The notes under the pieces were generated by a model, which saw nothing but the letters and a program-made list of their open reading frames with translations, made no database searches and was not told where the DNA came from. A stretch of 64,000 nucleotides of DNA from a virus (lineage: Duplodnaviria > Caudoviricetes): positions 1 through 64,000 of the IMG/VR virus record IMGVR_UViG_3300021255_002777. The stretch is one strand, 5' to 3'. Positions 6,681 to 18,300 of the stretch are shown here, piece after piece (the stretch's first letter is position 1; each line of letters begins with the position of its first letter). The translations under genes and the position numbers were made by a program.

Positions 6681-9191
6681 TTATCTATTCGCTAATGCAG
6701 CACGCTGGTTGGATTTCAATGCAGCAATGAATTGATTATAACCCATGGAAGGATTGTTCAGATAATTATTCATTATAGGTTGCAAAATCCTATGTGCTTT
6801 ATATTCAGCGGATTCAGGGTCATTGTATGAAGCATCAACAGCTTTTCTATTTTTTGTTATTGCCCTTGGGTTATACCCAATTAAATTAATTCCAGGAATA
6901 CTATTATTGTATTGGAACCCATGAACAAACTCACTGATATAAGGTTCAAAGAAATGACCATGAACAGGCTCTATCGTTGCTGTGTTTGTCTTTGCATTAT
7001 ATTGTGCACGAAGAGTCCCATCAGGCTTTACTTTATATGACTTTTGTTTTAACTTTGCTATATATTCTGGGTCTGCATTAAGTGTCATATATGCTGAATT
7101 GGCAGATAATGTATCAAGTTTATTAAGAATATTAGTTGCAGAGGCCGAACCACGATTCCACAAATCATCATAAACCAAATCCCTATTATCACCAAACATG
7201 CGAGTTGCTGCATCGATAGCATTAAGGTCATCGTCTTGTATAGTATACGTAACTTCATGTAATGGATATGCAGTAGCAGGAGTATTCATACTTGGATTAT
7301 TTACATTTTTACTGTAGTAGTCCCAATTACTTTTCATTGTGCTTGCTGGAACATAATAACCATCCGCATCAACTGCATATAACCCGTTTGGATTATGTTT
7401 TTGTATTTCCTTGAAATATGGATCGCTAAGATAAATCTGACTTCCTGGAACCCAACTATAGCCATAATATTTCATGAAATCATCATTATATGCGCCGCCA
7501 TCAGCAAACATTGCAGGATAAGTTGTGCCAGTACCAAGAGTTTCAGCACTTGGCTCAGGCAGAACAAGATTACCGGCTGCTGCTGTATACAGCGCATCCA
7601 TATCAGTATTATCCTGCTGACTTGACCACCACGGATTAAACGAATCTTCACTACCCTCAGTCGGGTCAACGCTGATTGGCTCATAGTAGGAACCATCATA
7701 AGCTTGTCCTGCATAAGTGGCACCCATAGGAACGGCAGTGCCATGCCCATAGAAGTTTCCGCCATCACGCACACCTAATCCGATGTGGAAATGCGGGCCA
7801 GTTGCCCTGGTCTTTTTCATCGTGGCTGGGTCACGTTCATCAAGGATAGTGCCACCAAAGCTTGCAAGGAACCGTTGTACTTGTGGCTGACGAAGTTGAT
7901 TCTCAAGAGCTGCCCATCCTGATGCTGATTTATCCAACGGAACAATATCTATGGCACCAGATGAACCGTCACGAAGATGTCGAGCATGACCACTACTCTT
8001 ACCAGCATTGCCGACTTTGCTGTTTGGGCCACGATAACCTGATGTGACACGGAAACCTGTCACACCAAGTGCACGCAGTCCGTCTTCAATGTAGCCACCG
8101 CCTGCAAAAAGATTAGGGTAAGAACCTGCATCGCTTTCACCGTAACCAAACAACCCGTCCTGTAACTCAGGTAACTGCGGATTACCAGCAGCGGCTGCAT
8201 ACAAGTCATCGTCGACAGGAGCCGAAGCATAGTCCTGCTCCCACCAAGGTTTAAATGAAGATTGTGCATCAGGTGACATTGTTATAGGTTCAAAGGAACC
8301 AGCACCGGCATACTGTGAATAGTCAGCAGCAGCTGATGAAGGATTGCCAAGCATAGAGCTGAACTGTCTTGCGTAGTCAGCTCTTTTTTGCAGACCCTCA
8401 TTAGCTGATTTCTCGTAGTCACTCTCCCACAACAAAGCAGCCTGAGCAGGATCAGTAACACCTCTCATGTGCTGCTTGTAGGAGTCAAACCTTTGCTGAA
8501 TCCACGGAGCTTGTGCAGCACCGCGGATACGGCCAGTAAGCCCGTCTTTGAGGAACTGCATTTGCTCATCATGACCATACCCGCCGTAGTACTTCTTGAT
8601 ATGGTTGGTGATATTCTTGTCGTTCTGCAGGTAACCAAAGTGTCCGCCATTCACAGAGTTCTTTGCCTCAGGATTTGCACTGCTTTCAGCGATGATGTTT
8701 CCAATAACACCGATAGCCAAGTTGTGTGGAATGTTAGCAGCTATGAGTTCATCATATAAAGGTCTTGCTTTGTCAAGGCTTCCGCCACCTGCGTGCCAGT
8801 GGCTTGCGTTCCTTGCAAAGTTCGCCTTCTTCACCATAGCAGGGCTGTAGTTGTCTTTGTTGGCAAGCACCTTGGAAGCAAATGCCTGCACACCCATGCC
8901 ATGCCTCGACGCGGCTGCTGTGAATGTGCCACGCTTGCTTGGATCAATATGTATGCTGCCACCTCCTGCATGAATATTGCCACCACAGGCATAAGCATAG
9001 GTAGCTATCCTGTTACGCACAGCTTCACGTTCCTGCATGGCTTGTATTTCTTTCATTATGCTGTGCACTTCAGGTGACATTTGCTCTTGTTGCACCTGGC
9101 TCTGTACTGCTTTCTGCATCAGCGGTGATTGCTGAGCCTGTTGCATCTCGCGTTGCTGAGCTTCAGATTCAAGTATGTTCAGGTCTATCAT
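6681..9191 (-). CDS. Virion cargo protein with a phage-tail-lysozyme-like domain, an M15-like peptidase domain and a C-terminal possibly zincin-like domain
   Basis: AIGVIGNIIAES...GYLQ (lysozyme2-like). VTSGYR..SGH..GAIDI..HFHIG (M15-like). SEFVHGFQ...EYKAH at the C-terminus. Also the crAss-type HIDPSKRGTFT...KKANFARNA motif. Start set at ATG 9191, downstream of the promoter. Confidence 0.7.
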   Translation of the reverse strand: MIDLNILESEAQQREMQQAQQSPLMQKAVQSQVQQEQMSPEVHSIMKEIQAMQEREAVRNRIATYAYACGGNIHAGGGSIHIDPSKRGTFTAAASRHGMGVQAFASKVLANKDNYSPAMVKKANFARNASHWHAGGGSLDKARPLYDELIAANIPHNLAIGVIGNIIAESSANPEAKNSVNGGHFGYLQNDKNITNHIKKYYGGYGHDEQMQFLKDGLTGRIRGAAQAPWIQQRFDSYKQHMRGVTDPAQAALLWESDYEKSANEGLQKRADYARQFSSMLGNPSSAAADYSQYAGAGSFEPITMSPDAQSSFKPWWEQDYASAPVDDDLYAAAAGNPQLPELQDGLFGYGESDAGSYPNLFAGGGYIEDGLRALGVTGFRVTSGYRGPNSKVGNAGKSSGHARHLRDGSSGAIDIVPLDKSASGWAALENQLRQPQVQRFLASFGGTILDERDPATMKKTRATGPHFHIGLGVRDGGNFYGHGTAVPMGATYAGQAYDGSYYEPISVDPTEGSEDSFNPWWSSQQDNTDMDALYTAAAGNLVLPEPSAETLGTGTTYPAMFADGGAYNDDFMKYYGYSWVPGSQIYLSDPYFKEIQKHNPNGLYAVDADGYYVPASTMKSNWDYYSKNVNNPSMNTPATAYPLHEVTYTIQDDDLNAIDAATRMFGDNRDLVYDDLWNRGSASATNILNKLDTLSANSAYMTLNADPEYIAKLKQKSYKVKPDGTLRAQYNAKTNTATIEPVHGHFFEPYISEFVHGFQYNNSIPGINLIGYNPRAITKNRKAVDASYNDPESAEYKAHRILQPIMNNYLNNPSMGYNQFIAALKSNQRAALANR

Positions 9192-9209
9192 TTCGTTGTA
9201 TTTAATGTG

Positions 9210-9217
9210 CAAAGATA
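9210..9217 (-). promoter_or_regulatory. Bacteroidota -7 promoter element (TATCTTTG)
   Basis: TAnnTTTG match about 19 nt upstream of ATG 9191. Confidence 0.5.
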
Positions 9218-9311
9218 ATCAAGTACACAAAGCGGGTAACTCAGGTAAACATTATTACTAATCATTGATTAGTCATTTTGTTAATGGTGTGCAGTACAAT
9301 AAAGATAAGGC

Positions 9312-9319
9312 TAACTTTG
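9312..9319 (+). promoter_or_regulatory. Bacteroidota -7 promoter element (TAACTTTG) for the RNA polymerase gene
   Basis: TAnnTTTG match about 30 nt upstream of ATG 9349, followed by an A-rich leader. Confidence 0.5.
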
Positions 9320-9348
9320 GCGGTAAAATTAAATAATCACATCAAAGT

Positions 9349-12300
9349 ATGATAAGCGAAAAATGTGTTAACATCAGTGAGCAGGAAGCATTGCAGATTA
9401 CAGAGACTTGGCACGCCACCGCACCTGATGAGAGTATCTATGCTGTGCTCAGCAGCCTTGGTCTGTATGGCAAAGGCTCGTGGGAAGGCGAAACAAAAAG
9501 TATGGTCGCTGCACAATTTAAGGCATTGATTGAGAGTTATTGTGTTGTAAATAACGAAGTAGTCATGCCTAAAACAACAGCGGAGATGGAACAGGTGCTT
9601 GCAGAAGCGAGGAAAGACAAGGCTGAGCAGGATAAGAAACTTGGAAAAGCTGGGTCACGGCTCATTGTAGTCGGTGGAATGTCCATGGATATGGAAGAGG
9701 TGACAGGTGTTTTAGGAAAACCTGTTTCCATCAACCAGGATGTGCAGACAGATAACCGCAAAGCTCTGGCTGATGTCGTCGAGAAGCAGATGATGAAAGC
9801 AGCCAAGCGTGCTGGACTTATCAGGAATGAAGCAGACTGGAATAGTGGAGAGATCGCTAGCAGCAAAGAACTGAAACCATACAAAGATGTGGTTAAACTC
9901 ATTAGCAAAGGTGCATTGAACGGCAACCTCGGCAATGTGTTCTGTGCGATCACTATGGCCTGCTCTGTCTACACCGAGAAGAACAAAGATGGCTCCATTA
10001 AAAAGACAGGACTGTATTATGATGTCAAGGATATCCGCAAAGCTCTCGAAGGTGACCGCCTGCTCATGGACAAAATATGGCAGGACTATTCTGATATGGG
10101 CAAGGGCAAAAGACCTTCAGCATTCGAGCAGTCAGTCATGGATGCATTGCTCGCCATCTATGCCGACAACAATGCGGACTTTGTAAAGAAGCTGAGGAGC
10201 AAAAATATTAACGGCTTCCGTGCAGCAAACGGCTCATCCAGGATTCAGAAGACACTAGCTGAATCACTGCGTGGACTGCGTGAACTTGTAACTGACAACT
10301 CACCTATCGAAATCAAATCATTTAAGGTGCCTGTCAAAGCATCCCTGACCACAGACCTTGTGATGCAGATTATCGGTATTGCAAGACCAGCTATGATGCA
10401 TCTTGGTGTTGACTTCATTGAGCAAATGACTACCAACATGCTAAGTTGGATTGACAACAATGATGTGACTATATATGGTGTAATCACTATGCTGTCAGAT
10501 GCAATAGAATATAATAATCCCAATGCTAAGTATGCAGATAACTGGACAAGTAATAACGCAACCGATGAAACTGGTGAATACGTGAATGGCCTTAAACGGG
10601 ATCAAGTACATGACATCCTTGAACTGCTTTACCGCAATGCTTTTGAGAATGCAATCGATGCTAACGCTGTTGATGTGATGAACACTTTAGCCTCGGCAGG
10701 AAGGCGCAAAGTAAAGGTGACCGGCAATTTCTCATACAACCGTGAGTTGCAAGAAGTGTTTGATTCAATGCAAGCCAGTGTACGTGCAAGAAGCGCAGAC
10801 AATGTTCATCCTGATATCATGGATGGCGGTGAGACTATATCTCCCGAGAATCAGATGCTGTTGGACATGACTTCAGCAAGGTGTTCTGCTGTGTATGATA
10901 CACCGACTCTGCGAACCAGGGTTAATGCGATAGCAACACGTATCCTGTTTAACTGTGAAAGAACAAGAGGTAAAGCATTAAAAGCAAACAAAGAACAGCT
11001 AGATGCTGTTAAGGGTGAACTGCAAGAGAAAGTTACAAGGAAAAAAGAACTAGACAAGAAATCAAACCTCACAGAAGACGAGGAAAAGGAAAAGAAGCAG
11101 CTCAGCAAAGATATTGTAAATAAGCTCCGAGAGCAGGCTACACTGCGCAAAAGCAGGACAAGGCTGCTTAATCGAAGGACTTTGTATAGTGAGGCTTTAC
11201 GACTCTCATTAGCTGAACATGTTGACTATGCAAAAGACCAGCTTGCACATGGAGCAGAAGCAAAGGCTGGTGAGGAAGCCAAAAGAAAGCAAGATGTTGA
11301 CACAGCGCTTGCTTTGTGGGATGATCTCCTGCCACGTGCTTTTGCGCAGATTGAGGCTGCGACTGGTGTTTCAATTATCTACAACAGGGACAGCAATGCA
11401 TATAAAGTGCAGGAAGAAAAGAATGAACCTGCCAATGGTGAACAAGATTCGGAGGATGGCAACAATAACGAGGACAGTGAAAGCCGGGAGAATGATGATT
11501 CGATGGACTTCCGTGAAGACGTTGACCCTTATGCACACCTTACACAGAATGTTCGTGCTGGTTTTGCGCTGCTGCCTATCCTCGACCCAGTAACCAACGA
11601 ACCAGTATTGGATGACCTTGGCTTGCCTCAATATTATGACCCGAAGTCATTGTATTTTGCAACAATGTCTATGCATGAAGGATTGGTGACTGAACCTGAT
11701 GATTTTTGTGAAATGAAAACCACCGACCTGGATGATACAGAAAAGAGGAACCCAAGTATGTTCAACCAACGTGGCATGAGTTTCAAAAACAGGAGAACAG
11801 ATGCAGAAGCATTCCCACACGGTAAACCGACATTCACTGTTCTTGAGGAAAACATTGGTCGACATCCTTGGGTAAAGCAGCTCATTGATAGGCTTACTGA
11901 GGATTATATGGAGATGTATGAAGACGAGGAAGACCGCAACGAGATGTCATATGGACAGCTGGCTACAGACTTGTATGACCAGATGGGTTACATATTCACC
12001 AAGAGGGCTGTGTACCGCAGCAACATGAAGAATGCACCTAACCCGTTTCATATTGTCAACACTATCGCAGAGGTTGAAAGTGTACGCCGTGCTCAGCAGC
12101 GCAACTACAATCAGCGCATACCTTTATCAAAAGAGTCAATGATATGGTATGAGGATGGCAAGATAAACATGACTACCTGCGATAATCTGGCCAAGAATCT
12201 TGCACAGCTTATGCCTGCTGAATCAATGACAGCAAAATCAGTTGAAGAGAAGCAGGCATGGATTGACACACTACATGATGCTTTGACACGCATGGGATTT

Positions 12301-15300
12301 GAAATCGACAAGCAGTTACTGATGAACGAGTTCAGCAGACCTAATGTCGAAGGATTGGGAAGACTTAACAGGATCGAAGACCGTGCCTCTACAGTACTGC
12401 GGTACCTCAGCAGCAACAATCCTAACGCAAGCAAGTTGGGTGTGTATGGTGAGCGTACAATCTTCTCAAACCTGACCGGTGTTTGGAGAAACCTGTACGA
12501 TGCTGTGGGATTCTTTGTTGACACTTCCGAGGTACAGTCAACGCAGAACATCAACGGAAAGGCACAGCAGAACTTCGTTGCTGAGAGCGCCTTCTCAAAG
12601 AACATGACAATCCTCACCTATGGCTGGAAGCAGATGAAGAACGCAACACCAGAGAAGCGTGAAGAACTGCTGAAGAAACGACAAGAGAAGATACGCAAAC
12701 TTTATGGTGATACATTCCAAGCAAGGTATGACGGCAACAGAATCATTCGTCAGCTGTACAACGGCGAGGATGTTGATTTCATGGGTGCAGATGATGTGCC
12801 TCAGCAGATTCAACGAATTGGTGAGACTGTGCTCATCAACATGAAGGATGATATCGAGTTTGCTCAGCTCAGCCCTGAAGATCAGGCTGAGATGCAGATG
12901 GCGGCTTTCTTGCGCAATGAGCAGGTTGCACGTGGTGGCTCTGCGTTGTACAGGTTCCCTGTACCAGCTGACTCTCCTGTAATGACATTCACATCAGGAA
13001 CTGCAATGGATAAGCAGGAATGTATTGCAGACCTTGCAACAAAGTCTCTTGCAGAAGCAGCAAGAATTGCACACAACAATGAAGAGGTAAGACCCAACTA
13101 TGTGCGCACTTGGGCTATTGAACGTGGCAGAGTGAACTGGAATGCAGGTACTTATTATGATGTGTTGGATAAGCGTGAACGTGAGATACCAGGTGCAGAG
13201 AAGTGGATGTGGGAACGTGATAGAGCAATCCATGCTTTCATCACGGCAAAGGACAACGCTGAGCGCAGTCTAGCCTATCAGGATATTCTCAACCTTGCAG
13301 AAGCGTCAAAGAACAATCCGAATAGTGTTGGTGCTTGGGATGCTGACGAAGCCATAGAAATGTATAGGGCATGGCGTAGGTGGTACCCGCGTGAGTCATT
13401 CTTCGGTTCGGAGTGTAGGTTCAGGACGATACCGAACCTCGAAACCACTGTTCTTGCAGTGCAAGACGTGCTTGAGCAGGTTGCACAAAGGGCACATGGT
13501 ACAAAGCTTGAGGCTGATGTACGTAACAAGATTGATGAGATTGGTCGTGCAATGTCGAGGCAGGATGGATGGAATATGCGCATGTATTCCATTCTGCACA
13601 ATGTCATTGATGTGCTTGGCACTGGTCTTTCTTTTGAAGAGTCCCTTTCGCTGGCAGCAGACCAAGAGTTCAACAAGCACAGAGCTGAAGCGACCACAGA
13701 GAATGTAAACAAATTCATCATAAGCCAGATTGCACAGCTATACACGCAGGCTGCGATGGATGAGCAGTACCGTGACTACAGGGCAAAGCTTACTGTAGAA
13801 GACTATGAGTTGCTGCAACTGCATCGCATTTCGTCCATGTTTGCCAATAACGATCCAGATAACAACCCTGGTGTGGATGCAGAAGGCAACAGTTGGAGGC
13901 TTGTGCAGTCACCTGACAGTGAGTCGGGATTCGGTATTATGAACACCGAATCTGGTACCATATTCAGGCTGAACACGCAGCAGTTCTCATTCTACCAGAA
14001 TCTGATAAGTGAACGCCGTGGTGGCTTTGGTAAAAATGGCAAAGTTGCTTTCGCCGTTGGTAAGTCAGGCAACAGCTATCAAAGAGACCAGATAGAGAGA
14101 TACAAACTTCCACTGAAGAATCAGGATGCACTTGAAAAGATTGTGAAGGATGCAGCCAATAGCCCAACATTGACTAACCCGATGAACATGACTCTGGCTG
14201 ACAGGACTGAAGCATATCTTGAGTTGATGTTCCTCAACACATACAGACACAACACCGAAATGCTGGATGCCATGATGGTTGACTCTGCAATGTTTCCTGA
14301 TGGGTTTGACGAGACCAAGCGCCTCAAAGGTCTGATGGCTAACGGTACGAGGCTGAATCCTAACCGTATCACAGCAGACAATGTGGAGTATGCTATCATC
14401 ACAGCCGATGATAAGAACTCCATAAGCCACGATTATGTAGGTAAAACCAAAGCACTTATAAAAGCTGTGGCACAAGGCAGGGTAACAGCTGAAGACGCTA
14501 TGGCTACCATGCGTGCATATAGGCACCAAAACGCAACCGATGCACAGGGTTACATTTCACCGCAGGGTTATAGGCGCAAGGCAAGTGCAGCAGGTTCTGC
14601 AAACTTCGATGTCGAAAGTGAGAACCTGTACCAGGATATGCAGAATGGTACCCGCCACCTCGGTGAGGACTACGACGGTAAGGTAGCATTCAATGCTTTG
14701 AAACAAGTCGGATACAGTTATGCTCCAGACATTGACCCCACTGGCAGGGTTGTGATGGTTCCCCAGTACGTGAAGAACTCTGAGGGTATGCTGATGCAGA
14801 CAAATCCGAACATGAAGTCACCGAAGTCCGCAAGGCTTATGGCCCTGCAAAGATTCATGGAGGAAACTGAAGCGCAGCCGCTGAGAACAAAGGATGGCAA
14901 GCCTGTTGTGATTTCGACATCACAGAAACCCTCTGGTGTAAAGACCCCCAAGAAGGGTGTAGTTGATACACGTTATCTTCCTTCACGTGTAAGGTTCTTG
15001 CAAAAGCTGGCTATGGGACAGGAAGTCCCGACAACAGTGGACGGTGTTGATGTCAGTGAAATGCTTGAGGAATGGAGGCTGTTCCTTCAGGCAATGGCTG
15101 AGAATCAAGGTATTGACCTGAAAAACGAAGACAGTGTTAAAAGCCTGTTGTCGTTTGACGTGATAGACGGTTTCATTCACAATGGTGACGCAAAGGTAAA
15201 GGGCACTAACTATAAGGGTCTTGCAAGGCTGACAGAGGAAGCGCTCAACGGTGTCAACTCCGACAACGCTGTGAAGCAGATAGAAAGGCTGATAGCAATG

Positions 15301-18300
15301 CGTGACTTCATGCTGCCTATCCAGGCAACAAGCAGAGTTGTAAAGGAAATGCAGGATGTTATCCGTGGCGCTGTTGTTGAGGAAGGTGGCATTGCAAACG
15401 ATCAGTTTGTTTATGGCTACAACACGGAGTATCAGCACATCCAGGTAAGACAAAGCAACCACCTTGTTGACAGCGAGGCACATCTTGGTTCTCAGATTTC
15501 ATATATCGCAGCCGAAGCAATCAACTTTGATGAGGATTATGAAGTGCTGATGAATGGTGTCAAGTTCAATGAGAAAGTCAAAGGCCGCGTGTTGTATAAC
15601 AAACTGTACGAGTGCTTGGCAGCAAGGCTTGTTCACGGACTGAATGAATACAACAAAATCCTGACAGGGGAAGACAATGCGGTAAACCTGCACAACCTTC
15701 AAGAGTATCTGCTTAAGCTTACGATGAACAATCCGAAGTTCAAAACGTCGGATATCTGGTATGCGTTGCAGATTGTCAAGAATGATGATACTGGCGAGGA
15801 GCGCTTTGCAACACCGCTTGCCAGTGTCGCTATCATCTACAAAATCAGCGATGTGCTGACATCTATTGTCCGCAACCATTCGCACCGCAAGGGAATGGAG
15901 GGCAGCGGCAATGCTGTTATTGAAGCTGATGAGTTGTATGAAAACCAGCTTGGTGTGCGACGTGATGATAACGGAAAGATTATTGGTGTTGAGTGCTTCC
16001 TTCCTGCATGGATGAAGGATATTGTCCAACACTGTCTTAAGGAAGTCACTGAAGAAATCACAGTAAACGGTGAGACAGTTACTGTCACACATCAGGAACT
16101 TGACTTCGAGAAACTGAAAGGCACAGGCCTTGAGACAATAGTAGGCTATCGTATTCCGACTGAGGATGCTCACTCTTGCCTGCCGTTGATTGTAAAAGGT
16201 TTCCTTCCGCAGGAGAAAGGCAACACGATTGTGGTGTCCAAGGATGTTGTGACGATGTCTGGTTCAGATAACGATATCGATAAGCTGTTCCTGATGCTGC
16301 GACACATTGACAAGCAACTACTAAAGAATGAAGGCAAACTCCAGCCAGTGCAGTATCACTGGAACCCCAACCAAACTGGTGGGGTACCTGATGTAACCGC
16401 TGTGTCACAGTCTGATGAGCAGATTGAGAACATGATTATCGACATCATGCACTCTATTCTCACACATCCAGGTAACGAGGCGAGACTGATGTCCCCGCAG
16501 AACCCAAACATCTTTGATGATGTTAGCGTGGAGATTGCATATATCAATCTGCCAGCAGCCAAGCACCTTAGATACAGAAGACCCGAATACACAAGAGAAG
16601 GAAGGATTAAGCATGGCACTGGGGAGTGGGTCTACAATCCCGATGATCCTGACTGGAACAACAAAGACGTTTATCAACGTGAATATCTGACTGGCCAACT
16701 GCCTGACTTCAGAGCAATGAAACGGCACTTGGAAGCAATACAAGTGATGCCTGTCCAGTCACCTGATGCGATGGCTTACTACCATGCCCAGCATACAATG
16801 GCAAAGACCGGTATTGGTATAATGGCAAACCGCATGGCGACACACTTTAAGATACGCACAGCATTGAAGGTGCTAAACCGAGAAGGTATACCCATTGAGA
16901 TGAAGGGCGATGCTAATGGTAAGGTTGTTATCGATGGCAAGACTGTGATGTATTGCCCAGGAACGAACATGGACGGTGAGAGCACAACAAGCCTTGTGGC
17001 AAACACCGGCGGTTCTGTTGTCGATAGCGGCAAGAGCCCCGCTCTGACCAACATGGGTATCACACTTGACAACCTAAGCTTCATGGGTTTCCTTGAGAGC
17101 TGTGGTCTCGGCAAGAGGCAGATTGGCTACATCTGTGCCATCATGAAGAAGTATCCAAACTTAAGAGATGGATACTACAAGGCAAAGGGAAGTTTGTATG
17201 GAGAAGGTAAGAAACACAAAGACAGTAAAGCAAACCTGTCGGCATTCACCACAGCAGATTTGCAGTTTGCGCTGCGTCTTGACAACCTGACAAGCCCTGA
17301 CGCATGGGAAAGGTTTACAAGCCATAACCTTGCTAATGTATGTCACGGTATTGTACATCTGATTAACGTGTACAATAAGGTGAAGAAATATGAAGCTGAA
17401 CTGAACGCCAACAGTGCTAAGCAGGGTATGAGCAACGACCCGTCTTCAGCAGTGTGGGCTAAGCAGCAGATTGACTTAATTTATGAAATGGTTACCGATG
17501 ACAAGTTCCCTTTGGTTATACCACAGGAGATGATTCTGCGTAATGGCCTCAGTGAGGAGGAAATTGCTAATGGTGAAATAAACCTTGCCAACGGCGACAA
17601 GATGAAGATGGCGATGTGGCTGCCACAGATGTATCACACACTTGGCGTTGAAAAGGGCTTGGAAGCAATGAGTGACTTGATGCTTCATGCAAGACCTGAG
17701 TTCGAGCAGATTGTAAGAATCTTTGCACCTGTGTGGAGAAGAATGTCGAAGGACGATGCCATCAAATTCATACGCAGGCTGCATGACCACTTCTCTACAT
17801 TCTTCATTAGCAGCATGAACCTGTTCGATAGCGAGACTGATGCTGATGGCAATGTGATACGTGGTAATTTTGTTGAGATGAGGAACTACTACTGCTACAG
17901 ATTCCCTGCAGAGTTTGCAAGTATGTCATCGAAACGCAGGGCAGAACTGAATGCGAAATATCCGTTCCTTGCAGTACTTGAATTTACCGAAGGCAGGCTG
18001 ATTCTGAACGATGAATTGAAAGAGGGTTTCAATGCCGAAGATATCAGGCAATCACTGAACAACATGGCTGCTAGCACTGACCCAGCGGAGAAAGCACTTG
18101 CAGAGAAACTGTTCAAATACGCTTACTTTACCGATGGCCTGCGCTTTGGTTACGGAGCATTGTCCAACGCATTCACGGCAGGCTTCCTTGCCTCGGATAT
18201 GTTCCAGGAATATAACGAGAGAATCAACAAGATTACAACTGAGCCTTTGCCCACTGACTTTGTTGGCAAGTTCTGCCTACAATTCATAGCCAATAATGCA

